Both the position numbers and the translations under genes were made by a program. From the NCBI RefSeq assembly GCF_009914755.1, contig NC_060936.1: a stretch of DNA of 64,000 bases; one strand, given 5' to 3'. Positions 49,308-63,975 of the stretch are shown here, in pieces. Each line of letters opens with the position of its first letter. The stretch's first letter is position 1. A model generated the notes under the pieces. It made no database searches. It was given only the letters and a program-made list of their open reading frames with translations, and was not told the DNA's origin. The stretch is from the human T2T-CHM13v2.0 reference genome, Homo sapiens.

Positions 49308-49791
49308 TAATTTTGTCACTTCAAAATGTTAGTACATGGAATTATACAATATGTAACACTTTGGGATTGGCTTTTTTCACTCAACATAATTCTCTGGAAG
49401 TTGATCTAGGTCATTTTAGAGACAATAGTTGATTTCTTTTTATTGCCACTGAATAGGATTCCATGGTATGGAAATTACCACAGTCTGTTTAACCATTCAC
49501 TTGTTAAAGGACATCAGTCTTACTCTGAGAGCAAAACCAGACCAAGACAGTACCTACCAAACCAAACAAAAACTAGTTATTTCTAGCTTTGGACTGATAT
49601 AAATAAAACTGCTATAAACATTAGTCTACAGATTTTCACATGAACATAAGTTTTCAATTCTCTGAGATAAATATCCAGGAGTTCAATTGCTGGGTCATAT
49701 AATAGTTGCTTGTTTTGTTTTGTTTTAACTGCCAAACTGTTTTCTAGAGTGGTTGTACCATTTTACATTTCCACCAAAAATGTATGAGTGA

Positions 49792-50170
<379 letters not shown>

Positions 50171-50271
50171 TGTTTTATTTATAAATTATTTTTAATCAGA
50201 CTTTAAATTTAAAATGGTTTTAGATATACAGAAAAGTTGCAAAGATAATACTGAGAGCTCCATATACCTTT

Positions 50272-50439
50272 TGCTATAGATTGAATTACGTCCCCCTCTA
50301 CAAATTCATATGTTGAAGCTCTAGCCCTCAGTGTGATGGTATTTAGTGATGGGGTCTTTGGGTGATAATTAGGTTTAGATGAGATCATGAAGGTGGGGTC
50401 CTCTTGACGGGATTAGTCCTCAGATAAGACCAGAAGAAT

Positions 50440-50477
<38 letters not shown>

Positions 50478-50520
50478 CGTTTTCCTCTCCACCGTGTGAG
50501 CACTTAGCAAGGAGACAGCT

Positions 50521-50564
<44 letters not shown>

Positions 50565-50750
50565 CGTTTTCCTCTCCACCGTGTGAGCACTTAACAAGGA
50601 GACAGCTGTCTGCAAGGTGGGAAGAGAGCCCTCACCAGGAACACAACCATGCTGGCACCCTGATCTCAGACTTCCCAGCCTTGAGAAATAAATATCTGTT
50701 GTTTAGGCCACCCAGTCCATGATATTTTGTTATAACAGTCCAAACTAAGA
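50272..50750 (+). mobile_element. MLT1A/B-like MaLR solo LTR
   Basis: aaattcatatgttgaag...ggtatttagtgatgggg...gctggcaccctgatctcagacttcc...gagaaataaat...ttttgttata. Confidence 0.85.
50442..50608. repeat. ~87-bp tandem duplication including a (CT)n microsatellite
   Basis: (CT)n-ttctctccgttttcctctccaccgtgtgagcactta(g/a)caaggagacagctg occurs twice. Confidence 0.93.
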
Positions 50751-53117
50751 TGCCTTCACCCAGTTCCCCCTATTGTTGACATCTTAGATTTGTATGGTTC
50801 TTTCGTCACAATGATGGGACCAGCACTGGCACATTATTACTAACTAAACTTCACAGTTTATTCATATTTCACTATTTTGCTCCAATGTCCTTTTTCTGTT
50901 TGAGGATCCCATCCAGGATACCACGTTACTTTTACTTGTCATGTTTTCTTAGCCTTTTCTGGTCTGTGAGTGACTGTTTGTCATACTTTCCTTATTTTTG
51001 ATGACCTCGACCGTTTTTGAGGAGCGTTGGCCAGATAGTTTATAGAATGTCCCTCAGTTGGGTTTGTTTGGTGTTTTTCTCATGACTAGAGTCAGGTAAT
51101 GAATTTTGGAAGGATTACTACAAAGAGGAAGTGCCATGCCCACCACATTGTATTAAAGATACATACATGCAGTTGATATGACTGATGGTGTTGACCTGAT
51201 CACCTGGGTAAGGATGTTTGCCAGGTCTCTCCAGTACCCAGTTACCTTTTGCTTGCCCTCTCTTTCAGACTCTACTCTTTGGAAGCAAGTCCCTAGCACA
51301 GCCCAAACTCACCGGTGTTAAGCTCCATCTCATTGAGAGGCAAGTAGCTATATAAATTATTTGGAACTCTTCTGTACTATTGTTTACTTTAGCCACTCTG
51401 ATAGGTATATAATGATATTTCATCGTGGTCTCAATTTGTATTTCCCTAATGGCTAATGATGTTGAACATCTATTCATGTGCTTATTTGCCATCTGTACCT
51501 ATGCTTCAATGAAATATCTCTTCATATTTTTTGTGCATTTTCTGCTTGGATTATTTGTTTTTACTATTGAGTTTAAAGAGTTTTTACATGTATTCCAGAT
51601 ATTAGATGATTTTCAGATCCATCATATGCAAATATTTCCTCCCAGTCTGTAACTTGTCTTTTCATCGTGTTAATAGGGTATTTCATGGATCAAAAATTTG
51701 TAATTTTTATGAAATCTAATTTATCAATTTTTCCTTTTGTGGATCACACTTTTGGTGTCAAGTCAAAGAATATTTTTCCTAGCCCCCTAGATTATGAAGA
51801 TTTCCTCTGAGGCATTTATATAAAAGTTTGTGATTGATTTTGAGTTAATTTTGTATAAGGTATAAGACATAAGTCAAGGTTCATTTTTCTGTCTATAAAT
51901 ACCCACTTACTCCAGCGCCTTTGAAAATGCTGTCTTTCCTCCATTGCATTGCTTTTGCACCTTTGTCAAAAAGCAGTTGGAAAATCTTTTATTTCTTGGT
52001 TCTTCATTCTGCTTTATTGATCTCTATGTCTCTCTTTTTGCCAATAACATACAGTCTTAATTACCTTAGCTATATAAGTCTTGAAATTGGATAAACTGAT
52101 TCCTTCCACTTCATTCTTCTTTTTCAAAATTGTTTTAGCTATTCTAGTTCCTTTGCCTTTCATATACATTTTAGAATAATCTTGTGTATATCTACCAAAA
52201 ATTCTGCTGGGATTTTTGTAGGAATTTTGTTAAACCTGTATATCAATTTGGGAAGAATATCTTTACTGTATTGAATCCTCTAGCTCATGAACATGGTATG
52301 CCTCTCCATTTACTTAGGTCTTCCTTGATTTCTTTCATAAACATTTTGTAGTTTTTGGCACAGAAGTCTTCTACATATTTTGTTAGACTTATACCTAAGT
52401 ACTTGGGTTTTTTAAAGCAAATGTAAATGGTATTTTTACCATTTTGCATTTTTAATTTCTGATGTCCACATGTTTGTTGCTATTATTTAGAAATATAATT
52501 GATTTAATATGTTTATCTTATAAACTCTACTATTAGTTTAGAATTTTTTGTAGATTACTTGTGGTTTTAGCTATAGACAGACAATTGTGTCATCAGGACA
52601 GTTTTATATCTTTCCTTCCAACATGTCTTTTATTTCCTTTTCTTGCCTCATTGCACTGGCTAGAACTTCTAGCACTATATTGAAAAAGGGCAGTGAGAGT
52701 GGACATCCTTGCCTTGTTTTTGATCTTAGGGAAGAAACATTCAGTTTTTCACCATTAAGTATAGTGTTAGCTGTAGGCTATTTGTAGATGCTCTTTATCA
52801 AATTGAGGAAGTTTCCTTTTCTTATTTTTTTCTGAGTTTTTAACATAAATGGCTATTGAGTTTTGTCAAATGCGTTTTCTACATTGATTGATTTGATCAT
52901 GTGATTGTTCTTCATTTACTTGTTAATATTGTGGATTGACTGATTTTTAAGTATTGAGTCATTGCATCTCTAGAATATACCCCAGTTGGTAATGATATAT
53001 AATTTTTTATATATATTGCTGAATTATTTTTGCTAATATTTTGTTTAAATTGTGTGTTTAAAAAATCATTAAGGATATTTGTCTAGTTTTTTATGGTTTT
53101 TTAAAATACTGTTTTTG

Positions 53118-53946
53118 CCACTCCTATTCAACATAGAATAGAAGTTCTGGCCAGGGCAATCAGGCAAGAAAAAGAAATAAAGGGTATTCACATAGGAAGA
53201 GAGAAAGTCAAATTTTCTCTGTTTGCAGATGATGCGATCCTATATCTAGAAAACCCCATCATCCCAACCCAAAACTCCTTAAGCTGATAAGCAACTTCAG
53301 CAAAGTCTCAGGATACAAAACCAATGTACAAAAATCATAAGCATTACTATACACCAACAACAGACAAGCAGAGAGCCAAATTATGAATGAACTCCCATTC
53401 ACAATTGCCACAAAGAGAATAACATACTTAGGAATACAGCTAACAAGGGAAGTGAAGGACCTCTTCAAGGAGAACTACAAACCACTGCTCGAGGAAATAA
53501 GAGAGGACACAAACAAATGGAAAAACATTCCATGCTCATGGATAGGAAGAATAAATATTGTGAAAATGGCCATATTGCCCAAAGTAATTTATAGATTCAG
53601 TGCTATTCCCATTAAACTACCATTGACATTATTCACAGAATTAGAAAAAAAATGCTTAAGCCAAGTGCAGTAGTGGATGCCTGTAATTCCAGCGTTTTGG
53701 GAGGCTGAGGTGGGCGGATCACTTGAGGTCAGGAGTTTGAGACCAGCCTGGCCAACGTGGTGAAACCCTGTCTCTACAAAAAATACAAAAAAAAAAAAAA
53801 AATTAGCCAGGCATGGTGGGCGGCTGTAATCTCAGCTACTCAGGAGGCTAGGGCAGGAGAATCACTTGAACCTGGGAGGCAGAGGTTGTAGTGGCTGAGA
53901 TCATGCCACTGCACTCCAGCCTGGGCAACAGAGCAAGACTCTGTCT

Positions 53947-53989
<43 letters not shown>

Positions 53990-55530
53990 CAAACAAACAA
54001 ACAAAACCCTTAAAAATTCATATGGAACCAAAAAAGGGCCTGTATAGCCAAGACAATTCTAATCAGAAAGAACAAAGCTAGAGGCATCACGCTATCCAAC
54101 TTCAAGCTATATTATAAGGCTACAGTAACCAAAATAGCATGGTATTGGTACAAAAACAGACACATAGACCAATGGAACAAAATAGAGATCTCAGAAATAA
54201 GACCACACATCTACAACCATCTGATCTTCAAAAAACCTGACAAAAGCAAGCAATGGGGAAAGGATTCCCTGTTTAATAAATGGTGCTGTGGGAACTGGCT
54301 AGCCATATGCAGAAAATTGAAACTGCACCCCTTCCTTACACCTTATACAAAAAATAACTCGAGATGGATTAAACTCTTACATGTAAAACACAGAACTATA
54401 AAAACCCTAGAAGAAAATCTAGGCAATACCTTTCAGGACATAGGCACAGTCAAAGATTTCATGACAGAAACATCAAAAGCAATTGGAACAAAACCAAAAA
54501 TTGACAAATGGGATCTAATTAAATGGAGGAGCTTCTGCACAGTGAAAGAAACTATCATCAGAGTGAACAGACAACCTACAGAATGGGAGAAAATTTTTGC
54601 AATCTATCTACCTAACAAAGGTCTAATATCCAGAATCCACAAAGAACTTAAACAAATTTACAGGAAAAAAACAAACGACTCCAATGAAAAGTGGGCAAAG
54701 GACATGAACAGACACTTCTCAGAAGACATTTATGCTGCCAAAAAACATTTTAAAAAGGTCAACATTACTGATCATCAGAGATATGCAAATCAAAACCACA
54801 ATGAGACACCATCTCATGCCAGTCAGAGTGGTGATTATTAAAAAGTCACAAAACAACAGACACTGGCGAGGCTGTGGAGAAACAGGAAACTTTTACACTG
54901 TTGGTGGGAATATAAATTAGTTCAACCATTGTGGAAGATAGTGTGGCGGTTCCTCAACAACCTAGAAGCAGAAACACCATTTGACCCAGCAATCCCATTA
55001 TTGGGTATATACCCAAATGAATATAAATCATTCTGTTATAAAGATACATGCATGCATATGTTCATTGCAGCACTATTCACAATAGCAAAGACATAGAGTC
55101 AACCCAAATGCCCATCAATGATAGACTGATAAAGCAAATGTGGTACATATACACCATGAAGTACTATGCAGCCCATAAAAAGGAATGAAATCATGTTCTT
55201 TGCAGGGACATGGATGGAGCTGGAAGCCATTATCCTCAGCAAACTAACAGAGGAACAGAGAATCAAATACCACATGTTCTTACTTATAAGTGGAGCTGAA
55301 CAATGAGAACACATGGACACAGGGAGGGGAACAAGACACACTGGGGCCTGTCGGGGAAGAGGTCATGGGGAAGGGGAGCATCAGGATAAATAGCTAATGC
55401 ATGTGGGGCTTAATACCTAGGTGATGGGTTGATAGGTGCAGCAAATGACCATGGCACATGTTTACCTATGTAACAAACTTGCACATCCTGCACATGTATC
55501 CCAGAACATAAAATTAAATTAAATTAAAAT
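53118..55530 (+). mobile_element. 5'-truncated L1PA (about L1PA10-13) with nested Alu
   Basis: ORF2 fragments ([19 protein letters not shown]; KIDKWDLIK; [11 protein letters not shown]), L1PA 3'UTR, TSD taaaatactgt(t/c)tttg. Confidence 0.92.
53659..54006 (+). mobile_element. AluS with (CA)n/(CAAA)n tail nested in L1PA
   Basis: Full Alu interrupting L1 ORF2. Confidence 0.92.
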
Positions 55531-57630
55531 ACTGTCTTTGTTTTTGCTATCAGGTTATAATACTAGCTTCATAAAATGGATTGAAAAGTGTTTCTGCCTC
55601 TTTTATTTTCTAGAAGATATTGTATAGAATTTTAGTGTTCATTCTTTTGCAATTTTCTGTAGAACTCTCCAGTGAAATCATGTGGGCCTGATTATTCTTT
55701 TTGGGAATTCTAAATTTATGAATAAAATTCTTATAATAGTTACAGGGCTATCCAAATTTTGTATTTAATTTGGATGAGTTTGGTAGTTTATGCTTTTCAA
55801 GGAAGTAGTTCATTTCATTTAAGTTTTCAAATTGGTATGCGTAAAGTTGTTCATAGTGTTCTTTTTGATGTTTGTAGGGTCTGTGGTAGTATCTCTTGTT
55901 TCATTCCTAGCACCTTGTTACAGTCTTGCAAGAGTGCAAGTTTAGGTTTCCCGCTCAGCCTTTGCTAGTATGGGTGGAGATGGGGCCAGAGTTTTTTCTG
56001 TCGTTTTGGCTAGAGTAGAACAGTGGTTATCTAAAAGTTTTCTATATGTTAGAAAGTTACTATTCTGGTTCTTTAGCTTTAGAGAAGAGGCTTTTCTTGG
56101 GGCTTTGCTTATGTTTGCTGGCATTTCCGGGTTGTCAAGTTCTTCAGCTCCAAGTTTGGGATATATGAAGCAAATAATAATAATAATGACAACCCAGGGA
56201 ACTCATCACTGTGTTTTTCCTGGGGTCTGAGGTCCCTAGTAGGTCTGTTTTCTTCTCTCCACCTGTCAGTCTTCTTATGTTTGTTTTATATATAATGTCC
56301 AGGTCTTTTCATTACACTTAGTGGTAGAAATAGAGAAACGTACATACGCTCCATCTTTCTGGAAGCAGAAGTCAAACTTTTCACTTGTAAGTAACTTAAT
56401 GGATATTTCTTAGGATCCCTTACATTTAAGCAGTTTACAGTTAAATTGAGAGGGACACAAGTAACACACATAAACTAGAGATCAATATAAAGCATAATTT
56501 AATTTAGGGCTAAATTTTGCAGCATCAGAAGATCAGGACAGCAGGGATTAAGAGAAGAAAGACAGGGCAACACCTGCATGTCCATGTATATTTTAAGACG
56601 TTTTGATTTGGGCAGTCAGAAAAGTACTCTTGCTTCAACACTGAGCATTTTGAGTAAGACTGGTAGTTTGAAAAATTAACTGATAATTATATAAGCTATT
56701 TTGTTCTTTTTATCTGGCCATATTTCAATGATATCACCACTGTACTCAATTCTGTCAATTCATTTAGTGGGTTTGTTCAGAGACTAAAATCACAGTGAGC
56801 CATATTCCATAAATGATCCATTACAAGTCTAGTATTCCCATGTGGACTGAGGCTCTAAAGGTATAATGCCAAACTCTAGATATGTAAAGATACCTATTTT
56901 AAGAAAGAAAAATTCACCAGTCTTCTGGGTGTTTCCAGAGGAATATTTGATGTCCTCTGGACACCCAGAGGTCTAGGATTTTGCATTTTTATTCAAGTAT
57001 CCTGGCATTGGGCTCAATGCAGCCTCAGTCTTACAGAGCTTTGAAGGATAAAGGTATGTGTGCACTGTTGGCGCAATGTGGGGTGTGGCTTTAATCAGGG
57101 TGTGTGAAAGTGTGTGTTTGGCTGAGTACTCCACAGGGCTCCTTGGCTTCTTGCTCACCTCTCTGCTGTCTCTCTTTCCACTCTTCCTCTCTCTGCTGCT
57201 TAATGAGAAGGGAAGACATTTGAGGGCTTTCAGATTATTAGGCCTTTCTCTGGGTGTGATCTTCTTCCTTGAGAAAGTGGCAAGATCTAATCTAGAAACC
57301 TAGTTGCTCTGATTTACTGTTTCAGACTGCAAAGTGGTAATTGTAGTGCCTCGTAGCCTTGCCCCACTCAAAAAATATTCCTAGGAGGATTTATAAAGGT
57401 GTTTGCTTTGGTTGAGAATGTAGAGTTGACCCAGAAATTAAAACACATGCTTTCTTTTGACTTTCTTCAGCTCACACTATTCCTTAGGCGTCAGCTTGCC
57501 TATTGGTAACTCTTGTGTTCTAGGAACTATCTTGCAGGATTAAGAGAGTCATTATTGGTAAAATGCACTTAGCCCCTAAGATAATAATCATGTGGACTTA
57601 ACATATAAAGATGATAGTATAGAGTAAGAT

Positions 57631-58140
57631 TGTATCCAGTTAGAAATTGCATTTCATTGTAATAGATATCTTGGGAAAAAATCAACTTGAATAAATAGGT
57701 TTATTTTTTCTTAGATAAAGGAGCCTAGCGATAGACAGTCTAAGGTCACATTGGCAATTCAATAACATCATTAATATAATCAGGCACCTTTGCCATTCTG
57801 CTTCACTAGCCTTGATATATTCTCTCATGGTCACAAAATGGGTATTGGAACTCCAGCCACCACTTTTGCATTCCCAACATTAAGAAGAGTAGAAGCCCTA
57901 GGCATCTGCCAGCTCAGTTAGTCCCTCCTCTGTAGGAACTTTCCTCAAGCCTAACCAAGAAATTCTACTCACATCTCACTGGTCCAAAGTTGGCCATGTC
58001 ACCTGCCCTATTTGCAGATGAGGGTGGGAAATGGCATTTGTTTTGCTTGAGCCCACTGCCACTCCCATACTCAAATAGGATTCTGTTAGTAAGGAAGAAG
58101 GGAAAATGGATATTTGGTGGTCAATTAAGACTTTGCTACA
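57631..58140 (-). mobile_element. MLT1J/K-like MaLR LTR
   Basis: ctcatggtcacaaaatgg...ctcacatctcactgg...gggaaaatggatatttggtgg...tgctaca. Confidence 0.7.
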
Positions 58141-58415
58141 AAAATACTATAAATTAACTTATACTTTTTTTTTGCTATAATTAGGGATTTCCAGTATTGA
58201 CAAATCTGAGAGTAAGGGCTTATATCCATGATCAAATTATTTCATTCAAAGCAAAAAGGGAAAAATGCATATTTCGTGGGCAATTAAGACTTTGCTATAA
58301 AAATACTATAAATTAACTTATACTTGTTTCCCTATAATTAGGGATTTCCAATATTTACAAATTTGGGAGTAAGGGCTCATATCCATGATCAAATTATTTC
58401 ATTCAAAGCAAGAAG
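58098..58415. repeat. ~158-bp diverged tandem duplication
   Basis: caattaagactttgcta at 58122 and 58281; atatccatgatcaaattatttcattcaaagca occurs twice. Confidence 0.93.
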
Positions 58416-58768
58416 GTTCTCAAGATGGCAAGCAACAGGGAAAGTCCTGGGATGCAAGTGGCTGAGTTGAAGGTCAGGAAATATTTCTTCACAAGTTCCC
58501 CTCTGTCTTCTGAGCTGGTTCAACTCTAAAAATAATTTATAGTAGTAATTAGCTTATATACATTGTATAGCAGCCTACCATACAAGCACTAACATAGTCA
58601 TGGCTCTGTTTACTCCTCTTTGTACCCGAGTGAGGTGGGATGAACAGTATCATCCCCGTTTTTCAGGTGAAGAAGATGAGACTCAGTTAAAATGACTGGC
58701 CCATGGTCACCCTGTGGTATGGCTGGGACTTTAGATCAACTGACTCCAAGCCCAAAGTCCTTCCTTGA

Positions 58769-59323
<555 letters not shown>

Positions 59324-62300
59324 CATATCCATTTTCTAATGTGATAAACACATTTATCTCTCCCACTTCATTTGATCCTCATAATAGCCATGTGAGGCAG
59401 GCAGAACTGTTCTCAACAATACCATTTTATAGCTGTGGAAACTATAGTGGTAGTTTTTAACAGTGATTAAGTAACAGGACCAGGACTTGAACCCAGCACT
59501 TTAAAACCATAACAAGGCCCTTTCTACCGAGATGAGCCCTTCAAAATAATGGGTGTAGCTCATGAGGAGGCCCTTCTCACATGTTCACATTCAGTGTGGC
59601 AGTGGGCCTCCTGGGGCCACTCCAGAGCAGACATGGGACAGAGGCTGGCTGGGCTCAGAGCGTCTGGGAGGGCCGGGTGGAGGTTGCCTCTCTCGCCTCC
59701 CCACCTCCCCTGCAAGGCCATGAACCACTGCACACTCCCCGGTGGGACCCCAGGGTTCCCCCAGCAGCCTCAACGTAAATCACATGAAGGAAGAAAAAAA
59801 TGTTCCCCGGGGATTGCCCGGAGAAATGTTTTCTTTTCCCAGGAGATATATTTGACACAAGATAAAGGGGCTGTGTGGAAAACAAACTTTCCAATGTTAT
59901 GCTTGGTATTACTGCTTGCTTTTCCCCTCGCTTCCCCCGTCACACACACACTCATGCATTTGAAGACACCACATGGTAAAATGAACTGCCTTCTACGGGG
60001 ATTTGCTTTCTGCAAAGCGTTCCTCTCAGGGACCACTGTCTTGGTTACCGTCTTGATTTGGCATCCCCAGGCCCCACTGCCCCTCCAAATGGACAAGGGC
60101 CCCAAACCTTGCTCACAAGCATTTCCAGGAAAGGATAAATATTGAGGTAGGCTTGCTTTGAAGTTTGACCCAGATACCTGAGAACTCGGTGAAAATTCTT
60201 AACTTCTGGCCCAATTGTCAGCAGCACCATGGGCAGCAGATTTGGTTTCCTCAACCTCCTCTTAGCCTGGCTAGAGTGAGCTCACCTGGCTGGCTTCCCA
60301 GAGCCCCTGGATTCTAGCAGAGTTGAGCAAAGCCACCATCCATTCTGCTCCTTTTCACCCCAGAGAGGTGTGCAAGTGTCAGAAGATGAACAACCGGTTC
60401 CTGGAGGAGTCCAGCGCTACCTGCACTCAGCAGGGACGCTCTATAACCAACTTGAGGTTTCTGCAGCAGGCAGGACGAGAGAGTCCATTTCTGCCTCTTC
60501 GAAGGAGTCCTCCCTGATCTGCCCAGCCAGGAGTAGTGAACTCTCCTGTTTAAATTTGGAATACTCCTTGTCTGTTTCACTCCAGCTGCCTTGTTCTGTA
60601 GGTGAAGTCTCCTGATACATGGTGTTAGCCATCTCGCCCCAAGCACACCACCTGCCCACTACCCACTCCCCCTTTCCTTAATAACTCCAGTGCAGGGTCC
60701 TTGGAAGCACCAAATGTGTCTTATCACTTGGGGTGTCCCCCATAGTGCCCGAAACATTTGCCTCTTGATACTTATTTTCCTAACTCAGGAAGCTACCACC
60801 TGTCTGTCAATGTGCTGGGTGTTTTGTATATCTGCTTTCATTCTACCTTCCCAGGCTTTGGAGAGGTATTAATTATCACCGCTTAACAGATGAGCAAAAT
60901 TGTTTCATGATAATTTAGTAACTTCCCAATGTCACACAGAACCAGAATCTGAACCCAGGTCTATCTGACGGAAGCTCGTGGGAAACAACCCATAGGCAGA
61001 CAATCAACTGCCAGCCGGTGCCTTGTTCTAGAGCACAACTCCAGCTTGCCACATCTCAGTGAGTCTCCTCCTTCTGCTTCAGTTTCCCAAATCTGTGGAG
61101 GCCCTTCTGCCATACATAGGAATGACTCTTGGTCTATGAATCTTGCAACGAGAAGAATGTCCAATAGTAGAGGGAGCTGTAATGAGCCCCATTCTGGCTC
61201 TGTCACAGAGCTCTTCCTTCCCTGTGTCCCTCTTTCACCTCCTCTAGGCAGTCCCTTCCACCTCCAGGCTGGGACAGCTGGTGAAATGGGACTTCCTTCA
61301 ATTGATTAAAAAGGGCCTCCACTGACTCCTAGCAGAGACCCAGAATGGTCATCCAAGAGGGCTTACAAAACACTCTCTGGATCCCTCACGCGCTGAGAAA
61401 TCCAGACCAGCTGGATGACATTTTCCTCTGAATACTTGTAGGGCTACAACAATTAGGAGGAAAGGGCTTGGCACCACGGTGTTGGGGTGGAGTCCAGCGC
61501 AGAGCTCTGGAGGAGCTGTCCAAGGCCGGGGTTGACCTCCTTTCTCTGCCCCGCAGTGAGCCCCTGCCCCAGTGGTGCCTCCCGGGCTCTCCAGTGCAGT
61601 GCCAAAATGCTGTGGGTCACTGGTCAGGACTCTGGCTGGTTTTGGCGTCTCTTCCTGCAATTTTGCAAAGGAGGCAGTAGAATTAGATGGGGAAAATTGG
61701 AGATCCAGAGAAGCAGGCAGATTTAAGCTGGAGTGAGTGGATGGTTTCATTGATTTCAGAGTCTGTGGGCGTCTCAATTTCCATAGCTGTAAAACAGGAA
61801 GAAAAGCTCGGCTTCTCTAGCTTCTCAGGGCATGTTACAGGTGAAGGAAATGATAGGGTAATGGTAATACTTCCTTGAATTTCCTGAACCCGTGAGCGCC
61901 AACATGCAGAGCCTTCCTAAACAGCCCAACATCCCCTGCACTTCTCACTCCATCAGTGGAAGTGTGCTTAGGAAATGGAATTATAAAGTTACTCTGATTA
62001 AACCATAATCAGGAAGACAAATCTGCTGTGAAGACATACAGGATTTCAGTCCAGAAAGGAACCTTAGAGTTCATTTATTCTAAGGATATCAAAGCTAAAT
62101 AGAAATCATATTTAGAGCATCTACTGTCTGAAGTTTTCCATTCCTGTAGCATGAGGAATCAGGAATTGATCAGGTAGTGGCACCATCCTCTCTCTGAAGA
62201 CCACCATTTACTTCATAAGGATCATAATATTGTTCACTGAGACCCGTATGGAGTAAAAGGAAGGCAGGGACTGTTATCCTGATTCTTGCAGACTTGCAAA

Positions 62301-63878
62301 TGGAAATATAAAGACGTTAATCAACTTTGCCAAAGTCACACAGTAAGCTGAGAGGGGAACCGAAACATAAGTCAGGCCTCTGCTCCTGACATAGGGCCTC
62401 ATGCATAAGTCGCAGTAAACTTCAAATTATAACAGTCCCCATCTCTAAATAAAATACAAAAGCTCTTCATCACAAAGCATGGTAAGAAGAGGAAAAGGGC
62501 CACTAAAAATACTAAAAATACATTCTGCAATTTTATGGTAAACAGTGAAAAACATGAAAAATTATACTACAAATTATGAAAATATGTGCTTGAGAAAATA
62601 AAATGTGGGTTATAGTTTCTGCTATGTGCAAAATAAGTAATTAAGAACTGATGTGTTTGGGTGTAAATTTTCTCCTACAATTTTACGATGGCACCATAAG
62701 GCATCTTTCAATTAATTTTTGCCTTTCGAAGTGCAGTTATGGAAAGGATCACTTTATGCATTATGCTAAGGGCTCTTCCTTAATTCTTTGATGCTAAAAT
62801 CTGTCTCTTTGAAGCCCAACACCCTCTTTGTTAATTTCCCCTTTGGCGTCCATTCCCTTGCTAACTCCAGTTCATGGCTCTGCATGTGATTTGAGGAATT
62901 CCCCAACATCTCTTTAATCAACCTGATAAGATTCGATGTCTTCTGCAAGATTGGCAGTTTTATTTTGCAAGGATACACCTGTGCTAAAAAGGGATAGTTG
63001 AAGGTGTACTAATTTTAGGTCAGTTCATTAATGAGTATTTTTGTGTTGGTATGACATTTCCTCCCCTGGTTTATTTCATAACTCAAAGTTTGGGACAATG
63101 AATTTTCAGATGACAAGTGTTGTTCCTCCACATGCCCCTTTATTCCTAGCCCACCTCAGGGAGGATCAAGTTATGTTGGATTATTTTTCAAGCAAGGCAT
63201 CTGAGCTTGTCCCTCCAGTCCTTGTTCATACTTGATTCTCTTTGGGGTCTGAACAGTTGGGGAAGACTTCACACCAAGAGCAGTCTCTGAACTCCCACTG
63301 TTCTTTGCCTATGACATCGTTTCCAGACTGAAAGTCTGAAAAAAGCAATAGTGCAACTTCTGGTTTTCATAGTTATCCCTTTCAGGCCTCACTGCAAGGC
63401 TGGGCCTAGTGCTGCACAGCTGGGGAGAGGGAAGGCAGAGTCCTATAATTCCAGACCAGATGTTACTGCTTCCTTTCTACCACTCCAGTCATTCAATGAA
63501 TACTGATTGAGTGACCTGGAAGAAGGCACTTTCCTCACAGGTCAGGTAACACTTCATTCATTCACTTTTTCAAGTAGTTATCTATCCAAGGGGCATGTAT
63601 TGAATAACTAGTAAGTGACAGACATAATTCGAAGTGTCATGAAGGTAGAAACGGGTATGACATAGTCACTGCCTCCAAAGAACTTAAAACATAGTTGTAG
63701 AAAAAAGATATATACATGAGACATTTATTAATTGTTGTTAGTAGTTTCAAGTAGTTATATTTTAAAATATATTATTATTTATAATTACAACTCCTTTTAT
63801 CTCTTAAACTTTCTTTGAGGTGAATTGGATTAGTATTATCACTGCCTACTTTATGGGCTAGAAAACTGAGGTTCTTCT

Positions 63879-63975
63879 AGGAGGCAGAGCTCGCAGTGAG
63901 CCGAGATCACGCCACTGCACTTCAAACTGGGCAACAGAGCGAGACTCCGTCTCAGAAAAAAAAAAAAAGAAAAAG
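63879..63975 (+). mobile_element. Severely 5'-truncated Alu 3' end
   Basis: ~100-bp Alu tail; 15-bp TSD agaaaactgaggttc. Confidence 0.9.

Noticed and set aside
53259-55341. L1 ORF2-like ORFs as a functional reverse transcriptase
   Set aside because: The element is 5'-truncated, frameshifted, contains stops and is interrupted by an Alu.
59789-59839. Small hairpin around ttccccgggg...cccggagaa
   Set aside because: Short and imperfect; the extension relies on A/T runs.
59549-60145. 198-aa plus-strand ORF
   Set aside because: No recognisable motif or promoter/splice support; the length is compatible with chance in 64 kb.
60220-60240. REST/RE1-like motif CAGCACCATGGGCAGC
   Set aside because: Mismatch in the critical GGACAG half-site and poor flanks.
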